64,000 bases of DNA from Squalus acanthias (GCA_030390025.1 CM059452.1:6820001-6884000); one strand, 5' to 3'. Positions 38,271 to 50,830 are shown, counted from the stretch's first letter. A program made the numbers and translations. The notes: a model not told the origin generated them from the letters alone.

Positions 38271-40500
38271 TTGAGATGTCGCACAACACCAGGTTATAGT
38301 CCAACAGTTTTATTTGAAATCACAAGCTTTCGGAGCTATCGATTGCTCCTTCCTCAGGTGAAGTAAATTAGATACAGAATCGCCAAAGCATATATAGATA
38401 GAGAACAAAGCATGTGTACCTTACAATTGCAGACCACTAAATTAAATCATCCTGACTATCTGCCGAGGTGTGATAAAGTTAATCAAGTCAGCCAGGAAGG
38501 TACCACATCAAAGACATAGCAAGATACAACTGAGACAATGAGGTGTAGTCGCAGGGGTTCTAACGTGTCAAAAGCTGCCGTCTGTATGTAAAACGAAAAG
38601 CTTTAAAATTTTTACTTTTTTACTGGGAAAATTTTTACTTTTTTACTGGGAATCACATCTGTGAACAAGCCAACGACGACTCGAGTCCGGATCACGTCAT
38701 GTATCGTGACATAAACCCAAGATCCCGGTTGAGACCGTCTTCATGAGTGCGGAACTTGGCTATCAGTTTCTGCTCGATGATTTTGCGTTGTCGTGTGTTT
38801 CTAAGGTTGCCTTGGAGAACGCTTACCCGCAGATCCGAGGCTGAATGTCCTTGACTGCTGAAGTGTTCCCCGACTGGGAGGTAACAATCCTGCCTGGCGA
38901 TTGTTGCGCGGTGCTCGTTCATACGTTGTCTCAGTGTCTGCATGGTCTCGCCGATGTACCATGCCGCGGTGCATTCTTTCCTGCAACGTATGAGGTAGAC
39001 AACGTTGGCCGAGTCACATGAGTATGTACCATGTACCTGGTGGGTAGTGTCCTCACGTGTGATGGTGGTATCTGTGTTGATGATCTGGCATGTCTTGCAG
39101 AGTTTGCCATGGCAGGGTTGTGTGGTGTCGTGGTCGCTGTTATCCTGAAAGCTGGGTAATTTGCTGCGAACGATGGTACTTCTGAGGTTAGGCGGCTGTT
39201 TGAAGGCAAGTAGTGGAGGCATGGGGATAGCCTTAGCGAGGTGTTTGTCGTCATCGATGACATGTTGAAGGCTGCGAAGAACATGGCGTAGTTTCTCCGC
39301 TCCGGGGAAGTACTGGACGACGTAGGGTACCCTGTTGGTTGTGTCCCGTGTTTGCCTTCTGAGGAGGTCTATGCGATTTTTCGCTGTGGCCCATAGGAAC
39401 TGTCGATCGATGAGTCGAGCGTCATATCCCGTTCTTACGAGGGCGTTTTATCAGCGTCCGTAGGTGTCCATCGCGTTCCTCCTCGTCTGAGCAGATCCTG
39501 TGTATTCGCAGGGCTTGTCCATAGGGGATGGCTTCTTTAACATGGTTAGGGTGGAAGCTGGAGAAGTGGAGCATCGTGAGGTTGTCCGTGGGCTTGCGGT
39601 AGAGTGAAGTGCTGAGGTGTCCGTCTTTGATGGAGATTCGTGTGTCCAGGAATGAGACCGATTCTGAGGAGTAGTCCATGGTGAGTTTGATGGTGGGATG
39701 GAACTTGTTTATGTTATCGTGTAGTCTTTTCAGTGATCCTTTGCCATGGGTCCAAAGGAAGAAGATGTCGTCGATGTATCTGGTGTACAGCGTTGGCTGG
39801 AGGTCCTGTGCAGCGAAGAAGTCTTGCTCGAACTTGTGCATGAAGATGTTGGCGTATTGGGGTGCGAATTTGGTCCCCATGGCTGTTCCGTGTGTTTGGG
39901 TAAAAAAATGGTTGTCGAAGGTGAAGACATTGTGGTCAAGGATGAAGCGGATGAGTTGTAGGATGGCGTCTGGAGATTGGCTGTTGTTGATGTTGAGTAC
40001 TGAGGCTGTTGCAGCGATGCCGTCATCGTGGGGGATACTGGTGTAGAGTGCCGATACGTCCATCGTGGCAAGGAGTGTTCCTGGTTCAACTGGTCCGTGG
40101 GTGCTGAGTTTCTGTAAGAAGTCTGTAGTGTCGCGACAGAAGCTGGGGGTTCCCTGTACGATGGGTTTCAGAATGCCCTCGACGTATCCAGAGAGGTTCT
40201 CACACAGGGTTCCATTGCCTGATACGATAGGACGTCCGGGTGTGTTGGCTTTGTGTATCTTTGGGAGGCAGTAGAAGTCTCCCACGCGGGGAGTACGTGG
40301 GATGAGAGTGCGTAGGATGTTTTGAAGGTCTGGATCGAAGGTCTTGATCAGTCTATTGAGTTGGCGGGTGTGTTCTTTGGTCGGATCTGCGGGTAGCTGT
40401 CTGTAGTGTTCCTGGTTGTCCAGTTGTCGGTATGCTTCTTTACAATAGTCCGTTCTGTTCTGTATGACGATGGCTCCTCCTTTGTCCGCTGGTTTGATGA
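38271..40500 (-). mobile_element. Penelope-like element (RT and GIY-YIG), one frameshift, 5'-truncated
   Basis: KPADKGG, PKIHK..PGRPIVS, DVSALYTSI, GTAMG, RYIDD; GIY-YIG at 39222-38692; TSD CTACTTTAATATA. Confidence 0.95.
38285..38360 (-). ncRNA. Minimal hammerhead ribozyme motif
   Basis: Minus strand CTGAGGA-A-GGAGC-aatcgata-GCTCC-GAAA-GCTT. Confidence 0.75.
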
Positions 40501-40513
40501 CTACTTTAATATA

Positions 40514-41195
40514 CACGGGTACACGGTACATACTCATGTGACTCGGCCAACGTTGTCTACCTGATACGTTGCAGTAAAGGATGCTCCAGAGCATGGTACA
40601 TCGGCGAGACCATGCAGACACTGAGACAACGTATGAACGGACACCGCGCAACAATCGCCAGGCAGGAGGGTTGCCTCCCAGTCGGGGAACACTTCAGCAG
40701 CCAGGGGCATTCAGCCTCGGATCTGCGGGTAAGCGTTCTCCAAGGCGGCCTTCGAGATACACGACAGCGCAAAATCATAGAGCAGAAACTGATAGCCAAG
40801 TTCCGCACTCATGAGGATGGCCTCAATCGCGATATCGGGTTCATGTCACGATACAGAACGTGACTTGACATCATGGCCGGTCTTCCCAGGTGGTTTTTTT
40901 TTTTTTTTTTTTTGTTTGTTTTTTTTTTTAAAAACACAAGAACACAAATTGACAGGATATGCAGCCAGCAGGTGGTTTGACACGCTGGACCCCCTGGGAC
41001 ACATCTCATTGTCTTGGCTGTGCTCTTTGTTGTAGCGAATAATGTGAATAGATTTTGTCTGGGTTTAAATTGTGAATTCTGGGAGATTCTCTCATTGCTA
41101 ACTTACCTGACGAAGGAGCGATAGCTCCGAAAGCTTGTAAAATTAAATAAATCTGTTGGACTATAACCTGGTGTTGTGCGACTTCTCATTTTTTT
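40514..41195 (+). mobile_element. Penelope-like element 3' fragment, near-identical to 35770-36423
   Basis: GIY-YIG C-terminus and pLTR; flanked by CTACTTTAATATA. Confidence 0.92.
41104..41180 (+). ncRNA. Minimal hammerhead ribozyme motif
   Basis: CTGACGA-A-GGAGC-gata-GCTCC-GAAA-GCTT. Confidence 0.75.
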
Positions 41196-42154
41196 CTACT
41201 TTAATATAAACAGAGACAGGGTCAAGTGTAATATAAACAGAGACATGGTCTATTGTAATTTAAACAGAGACATGGTCTAGTGTAATATAAAGAGAGACAG
41301 GGCCTCGTGTAATATAAACAGAGACAGGGTCTAGTGTAATATAAACAGAGACAGAGTCTAATGTATTATAAATAGAGAAAGGGTCTAGTATAATATAAAC
41401 CGAGACAGGTTCTAGTGTAATATAAACAGAGAAAGGGCCGAGTGTAAAATAAACAGAGACAGGGTCCAGTGCAATATAAACAGATAAATGGTCTAGTGTA
41501 ATATAAACAGAGAAACTGTGTAGTGTAATATAAACAGAGACAGGGTCTAGTGTAATATAAACAGAGACAGGGTCTAGTGTAATACAAATAGAGACAGGGT
41601 CTAGTGTAATATAAACAGAGACAGTGTCTAGTGTAATTTAAACAGAGACAGGGTCTAGTGTTATATGAACAGAGACAGGGCCGAGTGTAATATAAACAGA
41701 GACAGGGTCTAGTGTAACATAAACAGAGACAGGGTCAAGTGTAATATAAACCGAGACAGGGTCTCGTGTAATATAAACAGAGACAGGGTCTAGTGTAATA
41801 TAAACAGAGTCAGGTCCCAGTGTTATTTTAACGCAGACCGTGTCTAGTTCAGTTATAAGTGAGACAGGGCCGAGTGTATATAAGTGGCCATGCCCTGGTG
41901 CATTAATAATTGAGACAGGGCCGAGTGTAACACAAACCGAGGCAGGGCCTAGTGCAATAATAACTGAGATCGGGGCCAAGTGTACTTTAACCAGAGACAG
42001 GGCCTAATGCAGTAATAAATGGCGCCGTGCTTAGCATAATATATAAAAAGACAGAGTCTAGTGCAGTAATAACTGAGACAGTGTCTAATGTAATACAAAT
42101 ACAGATATGGTGTAGTTGAGCAATAAATGTGACAGGATGTAGTGTAATATAAGC

Positions 42155-42815
42155 ACTTGTGAGAAGTCGCACAACACCAGGTTATAGTCCAACAGCTTTA
42201 TTTGAAATCACAAGCTTTCGGAGCGCTGCTCCTTCGTCAGGTGAAGTGAAGAGATGCATAAAGGCACAGCATATATAGTCAGAGAACACTGCCAGATGAT
42301 TACACTTAATCTTTCCAACTGCCCTTTATCACACCTGGGCAGAGAGATAATCACGGCAATCAACGGTGTGGATAGTGTCCAAACAGGTCAGTCAGGAAAA
42401 CGTTACATCAAAGACAATGTGGCAGATGCTGGGGTCTGTATGGACACAAACAACTTTTTGAGGTTAGGCGGCTGTATGAAGGCGAGTCGTGGGGGCGTGG
42501 GGATGGCCTTAGCGAGGTGTTCGTCGTCATCGATGACATGTTGAAGGCTGCAAAGAACATGGCGTAGTTTCTCCGCTCCGTGGAAGTACTGGACGACTTA
42601 GGGTACTCTGTTGTTTGTGTCCCGTGTTTGTCTTCTGTGGAGGTCTATGCGATTTTTCGCTGTGGCCCGTCGGAACTGTCGAGGGCGTCTTTCAGCTTCT
42701 GTAGTTGTCCATCGCGTTCCACCTCGTCTGATAAAATAAAGCTGTTGGACTATAACCTGGTGTTGTGCGACTTCTCACATTTGTCCACACCAGTCCAACA
42801 CTGGCATCTCCACAT
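42155..42815 (-). mobile_element. Internally deleted non-autonomous Penelope-like element with inverted termini
   Basis: A ~47-bp pLTR end is inverted at 42157-42203 and 42733-42780; internal PLE ORF remnants; HHR core at 42210-42243(-). Confidence 0.85.
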
Positions 42816-45059
42816 CAATATAAACACAGACAGAGACTACTGCAGTAATAACTGAGATGGGGCCTATTGTAATATAAACAGAGACATGGTGTTGTGCAGT
42901 AATAACTAAGACAGTGCCTAACGTAATATAAAAAAGACAGGGCCTAGTATAATATAAGCAGAGACAGGGCTTAGTGTAATATAAACAGAGACAGGGTCTA
43001 GTGTAATATAAACAGAGACAGGGTCAAGTGTAATATAAACAGAGACAGGGTCTAGTGTAATATAAATAGAGACAGGGTCTAGTGTATTAATAACTGAGAC
43101 AGGGTTTAGTGTAATATAAACAGAGACAGGGTCTGGTGTAATATAAACAGAGACACGGTTTAGTGCAGTAATAACTGAGACATGGTCTGGAGTAATATAA
43201 ACAGAGACACAGTCTAGTGCAGTAATTATTGAGACATGGTCTAGTGTAATATAAACAGAGACACGGTCTGGTGCAGTAATGAATGAGACAGGGCCTAGTG
43301 TTATATACACGGAGACAATGTCTAGTGCAGTTATAACTGAGATATGGCCTAGTGTAATATAAAGGGACATGCCCTGGTGCATTAATAATTGAGATAGGGC
43401 CTGCTGTAACACAAACGGAGACAGGGTCTAGTGCAGTAATAACTGAGACCGGGGCCTAGTATAATATAACGAGACATGTCCTGTGCAGTAATAACTGAGA
43501 CAATGCCTAGTGTAATATAAACAGAGACTAGGTCCATTGCAGTAATAAATGAGACAGGATCTAGTGTAATATAAACAGAGACTGGATCTTGTAGTAATAA
43601 CTGAGACAGGGTCTAGTGCAGTAATAACTCAGACAGGGCCTAGTGTAATACAAACAGAGACAGGGACTAGTGTAATATAAACAATGACAGGGTCTAGTGT
43701 AATACATACAGAGACAGGGTTTATTGTAATATAAACTGAGACAGGGTCTAGTGTAATATAATCAGAGACAGGGTCTAGTGTAATATAATCAGAGACAGTG
43801 TCTAGTGTAATATAAACAGAGACAGGGTCTAGTGTAATACAAATACAGACAGGGTGTAGTGTAATATAAACAGAGACAGGGTCTAGTGTAATATAATTAG
43901 AGACAGGGTCTAGTGTAGTAATAACTGAGACAGGGTTTAGTGTAACATAAACAGAGACAGAGTCCAGTATTATATAAAAAGGACAGGGTCTAGTGCAGTA
44001 ATGACATGTGTTAGATACAGAGTAAAGTTCCCTCTACACTGTCCCATCAAACTATCCCAGGGCAGGTACAGCACGGTTTAGATACAGAGTAAAGCTCCAT
44101 CTACACTGTCCCATCAAACACTCCCAGGGCAGGTACAACAGGGTCTAGTGTAATATAATGAGAGACAGGGTCTAGTGCAGTAATAACAGAGACAGTGTCT
44201 AGTGTAATATAAACAGAGACATAGTGTAGTGCAGTAATAACTGAGAGAGGGCCCAGTGTATGATCTACGCAACTGTCTGTTTATGACACACTGAGGAAAC
44301 ATTTTGGATTGAAGAATTGTTTTCCTCCCTCATCGGACCTCACAGTGACTTTAGGCCATGAAATACGGTGACAGCGAGAGTTCGCTGTCAGTCTCCCGTG
44401 CCGTAAGACCTGCAGTTTATGTGTGGATCTTGCAATAAATACACCGCTTAGTGCGGTGTTAAGACACAGAAGTATTTCCTGGAATCCGCAGCTGTCACCT
44501 GTGAAACCGTTAAACTGACGGCTCTGCAAGCGTTGGCCAAAGATGTGGTGCTGTAGCGCCATCCAGTGGCGAAAGGACGTAACTGGAATCCTGTCTGTGA
44601 AACATTGTTTCTCAATTTATTAATGAATACTCCTATGTGATTGTACAGGATTATTATTATGCCAGTTTATTATTGTGATTATTTTTTTATTATTAATGTA
44701 ACTGCTGCCATTTTATTGCTTTGCTTTTACTAGCGTTGCTATTTGATATTAATGCTGAGATTTCATGTCTCAGTTTTCTGGTTTGCCCAAGTCGCTGACA
44801 CAATACCTGTTCATTTGCATAAACTAGATGAACTTCACGTTAATAATTCCACAATTGGTAATTTTAGATTCTTAATTTCGTAAAAATGAAAGTTTGTCTG
44901 CATTTCTGATCATCCAATATGGAGATCAATCGCAATTCAATAATTCCATGAATTAAAGATGATTCATATTTTGCTGCGGAGGATTAATCTGAATGTTGAA
45001 TCAAAATTAAATATATTCCTAATCAAGGTAATTTTTTAGCAATATTGCGCATCAAACAC

Positions 45060-45210
45060 TCCCAGTCAGGAACAACATAGGTTAGATACAGAGTAAAGCT
45101 CCCTCTACACTGTCCCATCAAACACGCCCAGGGCAGGTACAGCACGGGTTAAATACAGATTAAAGCTCCCTCTACATTGTCCCATTAAACACTCCCAGGG
45201 GAGGTACTGT
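45060..45210. repeat. ~66-bp repeat unit GTTAGATACAGAGTAAAGCTCCCTCTACACTGTCCCATCAAACACTCCCAGGGCAGGTACAGC; also at 44010-44140 and 5260-5310
   Basis: Direct recurrence at three sites. Confidence 0.8.
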
Positions 45211-45471
45211 ACGGGAGAGATAATCGAGAAGTTCCGGCAGGATCAGGGCCGATTATGGGTGAAATTGTGAAAACAATGAAATTGTATTTCCAAATAAACA
45301 ATAAATATTATTTTTATTCTATCAAATATGATGTACTTTACTCATTTTAATTACTTTTTTACTGATTCTACTTTTATCGCTCTGACTTTTGAAACCCGTG
45401 GGCCGGGAGCATCATCGTTCCCCGGGATGAGTGAGTTCTTGTCCAGCTCCTCACCTCTTTGTTTCACCGTG

Positions 45472-45780
45472 TCTCACCGCACTGTAATACAGCGCGGCCT
45501 CTGATAGGCGAGCCGTGTTAACGGTGAGAGTTGTGGAGCCTTTCTCACGGTCCACAGACACGTTCAACCTGCCCTCAAATCTTTCTTCTCTGAATGTGGA
45601 TTTGAGATACTCGGGAGGCTGATTGAAGAACGGCCGGTACCAGAATACGATCTCATTTGTAGCGAAAGTAGCTTTGTGATCAAGTGAAACGGTTTGTCCT
45701 TCGGTTGCCCGATAAACCGACATTTGGAATGTGTCTGAGTGACAAGGAGCAGCAGCCAAACCAAGAACAAGAATTAACAT
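45472..45780 (-). pseudogene. V segment with an open frame but both canonical Cys lost and a short FR1
   Basis: EGQTVSLDH..VFWYR..AALYYSAVR; RSS CACGGTG-22-ACAAGAACT (45471-45434). The upstream leader may lie in the gap. Confidence 0.78.
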
Positions 45781-45820
45781 AATGATACATGCAAGGAGAA
45801 TGTAACAAAGTGAGTGGATA

Positions 45821-46055
45821 NNNNNNNNNNNNNNNNNNNNNNNNNNNNNNNNNNNNNNNNNNNNNNNNNNNNNNNNNNNNNNNNNNNNNNNNNNNNNNNN
45901 NNNNNNNNNNNNNNNNNNNNNNNNNNNNNNNNNNNNNNNNNNNNNNNNNNNNNNNNNNNNNNNNNNNNNNNNNNNNNNNNNNNNNNNNNNNNNNNNNNNN
46001 NNNNNNNNNNNNNNNNNNNNNNNNNNNNNNNNNNNNNNNNNNNNNNNNNNNNNNN
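45821..46055. other. Assembly gap
   Basis: Run of N. Confidence 1.
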
Positions 46056-46316
46056 TCTGTCTATCTATTTACTCTGCATGTTGTCCAACCAAACGTAGAA
46101 AATCTTAGTTAATATGTTTCGATTCACTGTATCTGTAGTTATAACGATAAGATTTTGTAACTTTATCCAGTTGGAATTTTAAACACGGGAAACTAACATT
46201 TCTGACTGTCACCCGCATTTCTAAAGTACTTGATTTGAGGAAAGGTTAAGGGTGCAGCGGAGACTCGGCAGCAAACAGGATATTGTGCAGCTGGAGCCGC
46301 TCTTTGCCTCACTGTG

Positions 46317-46744
46317 TCCCCACCGCACAGTGATACACTCCGGCGTCTCTGGCCGAGGTGCCGTCTATAGAGATGGTGTTGGACTTCTTCACTCGGTCAA
46401 AGGAGAGTTTGTAGCGTCCTGTAGTCTTATTCCCCTGGTATATGGAGCCGATAAATGTCGGCGCCCCCGTCAGTGCTTGTCTGTACCAGGCTACCGTATC
46501 CCCAGTACCAACGGAGAGCCGGCAGTCCAGTTCAGCCCGTTTCCCTTCCCGAGACACCACCTGCTCAGCGGGTGAGATCCGATTCTCACACCGAACGGCT
46601 GTGAACAAAACAAAGTCACTCAACAACCACAAGCTATTAAGAGATGAATGAAACAAGGCGTCTGAGCTGATAAATGAACTCACACAACATCAACAGCACC
46701 AGGGCTCCAACTGGAAACAGGTCTTTGCCGAGGTTCCTGTTCAT
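46317..46744 (-). CDS. TCR alpha/delta V segment, intact (leader 46744-46684, V exon 46598-46317)
   Basis: AELDCRL..VAWYRQ..DAGVYHCAVG; RSS CACAGTG-23-ACAATATCC (46316-46278). Confidence 0.9.
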
Positions 46745-47978
46745 GACGATGAAGATGGACAAAAGGCGGATCAATCAGGGTCTGATTTCCAGACTAGACC
46801 TTGCTGCCGAGTCCCGGACTTTCAATGGTTGGGAGGGGGAGGAGAGGGGAGAGCTTCACTTTCACCCCGTACAGTGTGAGACTGATGGGCGACATTCTCA
46901 CCAATCGGCCTATGTTGTCCCCTGACGTCATTCACAGTTCCTCTCGGGGATTGGCTGTCTGTCAAACCAGAGACCCCTTGAACCGTCACTGGGAAGGAAT
47001 TCCACTGGTAGCTGTGTGTAACGACAGATTAAATTGTTCAGGAAGATTTGATCTGTGTCGTATTTCTATCTCAAATGGTCATCGTGGTCTTAGAATCATA
47101 GAATTTTACAGCATCATCAACTTCTTCCAAACTTTCTGTATCTGAACCCCTAAATCATTCCCCTTCTTTACTCCTTTAAATGAATATTTACCTCATATTT
47201 CCTTCTCTTATCCGTCCTCTTTATAGTTACCGTGACGTCCGTCCGGCCTTTGGTCTCGATGCTTTCGTTGTATAAGACAAACAGAAGCGGAAATTTTTGA
47301 TTGTCCTTTAAGTCCTATATCAATGTGAAAGCTCCTGACAGACAGGCGCGCCACCTGGTGGTGGCTTCGGGTAAATGCGTATTTGTCGAATTTGTCAAAC
47401 TGAGTATTCACTCTCTGAATTATTTGTATTTTGTTCCTATTTATTTTACTGTGAACAGGATGTTTACTGCAGGGAGAAATTAAACCACCACGGAGCTAAA
47501 TATTGTAGTAACTTCCATTTTCATTTATTTCCTTTGAAGTGACACAAAATAATAAAACTGAAAATGCCATAAAATGTTATTTTAAGTTTTTTTAATTCAT
47601 TCTCTGGACGTCGGCGTCGCTGGCAAGACCAGCGTTTATTGGCCATCCCTAGTTGCCCTGACGACTGTCTGTAGCTTCCTAAGTGAGTATTTAATAATAT
47701 GACTCCACCATATTGATGTGTCCCAGTGAAATCCCGGTTGCTGGGTAACCCAGTCCCTCAGGGATTCCTACAAGTGCGTCCACTTAAAGTGGCGACACCA
47801 TTAACCCTTTCTTTAACCCTGTAGACCTTTGTCAGGTGACACTAAATGGCAATACTGCAATCCTGAATGTTTGTTTTCTAAAGGGGGAACCAAGATGGTG
47901 AGGTTAAAAGTCCTGATCTCGATAACTGAGATAGACGAGACTTATTGTACAGGATGTCTGACCGTTTGCCCCAATGTG

Positions 47979-48263
47979 CGTGTTCGCACAGTAATACACC
48001 CGAAGTCTGGAGCCGCGGTTTCCCGCACACCGAAAATGTTAGAACTCCTCTTTCTGTCAACAAACAAATCGAACCTTCCGCTCCCGTCGGTTGTATTACC
48101 CTGACAGGCGGAGATTGTAAATTCCGGTGCCCGGCCCGGTAATTGCCGGTAACACGTAATCCTATCGCTGTTGCTGGTGGTCGCATCGCACCGGATTTGA
48201 ACCGATTGTCTCTCCACCGCCGTCACCTGCTCGGTTTGGGAAATCCCTCCTCACCACGGACCC
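47979..48263 (-). pseudogene. V pseudogene (paralog of the 53358 V), frameshifted, Trp41->Cys
   Basis: QSVQIRCDATT..TCYRQ..QGNTTDG; YYCA is out of frame; RSS CACATTG-23-ACAATAAGT (47978-47940). Confidence 0.85.
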
Positions 48264-49909
48264 CTGCTAATACAAGACAAACTGACAACACGCTCAATAG
48301 GTTTATTTTACAATTAATCTTCTTCATTCAGAATAGTCACATGACAATAAAAAGGTGTCGGTCCCAAGTCGATGCATCGTATTTCAGGATATTGGTTCTG
48401 AAATTCCCGCGATATCGATTGTCTGAAAATCCGTCTGTATCACTAATCAATTCGGTAACCGATTTTTTAATTTGTCAGCGATTGGCAAAGGCGGCCGCCT
48501 CTTATATCTTTGTTCTTCAGCATCCAATTATCAGACGGCCGACGTGTTTCTCACCACACAGCCGATATTCGGGCTGGTTGGACTTTGTAAACATCAAAAT
48601 CGTTTGGTGCCTGTTCACACTGGTGGGGGAAATTGGGTCCTTGCAATGACTCCGAAGCCAACATTTCACCCTCTGCGACTCTGTTCAAATGCAGCCTAGA
48701 CAATGGGGACGGAGGCCTCCTTTTCTGGTGGAATACCTGGGGTGAGCAGTTTGTCAGACAGATTAATTGATAAGGTACCCGGTGCAACCGAATACAAGGG
48801 AGAACTGAACATCAGCGGTCCCGTTGAATGGATTCATCCACCGAGAGAGAGAAATACAGACCATTATGGTCGATGAAACTTAATCTTGAAAAAGTGTGAA
48901 GTATTGTCCATGAGAAGGGACAATGAAGAACATACATACTTCGTGAGTGGTGTTGAAATAGCTAAGTGTGAATTTAAAAGGGTGCTGATAGTGTAAAGGG
49001 CTCACATGTGCAGGGAATGCGGTGAAGAACACGTGGAATACTCGCCAGGATCTGGGGTCACTTTACAAGGGATGTTCACATTGACTGGGTCAAACGGATT
49101 TAATATCTGTTGGCGCCGTTTGTTTAATTGCAGCATTCAGCCGTACAGCACACAGACAATACATGTGAGAGGAAATTACATCAATAATAATGTACCCTTT
49201 GGGAACTATGTAACTCCGCTTCTCTATAAGAACTGTGTTACCCCCAGGCTCGCGAAAGGATTTGCAGTTATTATATCAGCTACAAGCATCTTCAGCGCTG
49301 AGCTGGGATTAAACTATGGGGGTGGAAACAGATGTCGTATAATATAACACAATCCCAACCAATTCCGAATTGTAATTATTAATGAGAAAGGTATTTAATT
49401 CGAAACTGTCAACTGGAGGTGACAAGCTCATTTACAGTCAAGTAATACGTGAAATTGTGACACTGTCAGTGACGATATAATATCAATGAACAGAAATCTA
49501 AGAGTTGAATAGGAATTTCTTGTTAATTTATATTTAAAACAATGTCAGTCTGTATTGGTTGATGCAACGTGACCGGCGGTGGGAAGCAGCTGCCTGTCAG
49601 CGCCACCTGATGGCCGGGTTTAAGTGGTCCTCTTTGAGCTGATCTCAGAACATTGTTCACGATTTGTGCTCTCTCTGTTCCCATTTGATTCAGAATGACG
49701 CGTGGATGCTCTGACACATGCGCTATACCCCTCCCCCAATCCCCATCAATGCTGAGCCCGAAGCTTCCCTCACAGATTCACTTTTTGAGTCCCAGAGACC
49801 CGTGTGTAACGGGCACAGTGTGGTGTTGGGCTCAGATTGATACACAACAGGAGCCTCTCTCGGCCTGGATCTGCCGACAGTCACTTGACACGAATCGATA
49901 AGATCTGAC

Positions 49910-50414
49910 ATGAAACTGAGCTTCACTTTAGTGATTATCTCCCTGGATTTTTTACTCTCCCCTCCGTGTGAGTGTGGTCACAATCTCTGTCTATCGGGAA
50001 TATTTTACATCTTACATGTATTTTTTATTGTTTATTTATTATTATTTTATGTTATGTTATATTGTATTATATTACATTCTAAAGTTATATTATATTAATT
50101 ACATTGTCTTAATTATATATTATGTTATATACTCGTCTCAGATGCCACTGGCAATGAAGAGGTATCGCAGTCTCCCGAGTCGGTGGTTGTTACTGAGGGA
50201 GACACTGCATCGTTGACCTGTTCCACCACAGTCGCAGGACGGATCCTACAATGGTACAGACAATTCCCGAGGCGAACCGTGCAGCACTTGGCGACCGGTA
50301 CCAGCGATCAGAGCAGGATCACGACTCGCTTCAGTTCAGTAGAGAAGCGCAGTGCTCTGAATGTTAGCGTCGCTCGAGTGACAGACACCGCCACCTATTT
50401 CTGTGCGGTGGAGA
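49910..50414 (+). CDS. TCR alpha/delta V segment, intact, short CDR2 (leader 49910-49967, V exon 50142-50414)
   Basis: EEVSQSP..SLTCST..LQWYRQ..DTATYFCAVE; consensus RSS CACAGTG-23-ACAAAAACC (50415-50453). Confidence 0.92.
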
Positions 50415-50645
50415 CACAGTGCAGCAAAGATCAGCAGAGACCGTACAAAAACCTGCCTGGGTTGGTGCGCTGATCGCTCGTATCCCGTGCCTTTATCAGA
50501 GCGCTGGGGTTTTTATAACACTGTCCCTCAGTGTCCCAATAGGTGAAGTCTGCTCCTGATCTGGATTTACTCTTTAATATCAGACGCAAGGTTCAACAGG
50601 TTAAAATAATTCTGCTATTTTCTGTCGAACTCTAAACCAGGCACC

Positions 50646-50830
50646 ATGTGCTCCCAATATTCCTTACTGATAATAATGGTCGTGCTGCCCAGTGAATCTG
50701 TGTTTATATGGTCAGTGCGTGTTTCATGGGTTATATTTATTCCCAGACTTTTCACACATTCTGTGTTTTGTCACAGGAACGAATGGCGCAAACTCAATGT
50801 CCCAGGATCCGTCTGAATTAAGGGTTCTGG
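50646..50830 (+). pseudogene. Family-A leader plus the first codons of V, truncated
   Basis: ATGTGCTCCC.. leader with a weakened donor, intron, then TCCCAGGATCCGTCTGAATTA, then a break. Confidence 0.75.

Larger units (their letters stand above)
33665..44260. repeat. 27-bp satellite array (ACAGAGACAGGGTCTAGTGTAATATAA)n, interrupted by four Penelope-like insertions
   Basis: Tandem periodicity; translates as 9-aa LDPVSVYIT repeats. Confidence 0.97.

Noticed and set aside
33665-44260. CRISPR-like array or repeat-protein ORFs (LDPVSVYIT)
   Set aside because: Head-to-tail 27-bp units without unique spacers, no cas genes, and a vertebrate context.
44300-44500. Possible minus-strand V relic with CACTGTG
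   Set aside because: Too degenerate; spacing to a nonamer-like word is about 20 nt and there is no framework.
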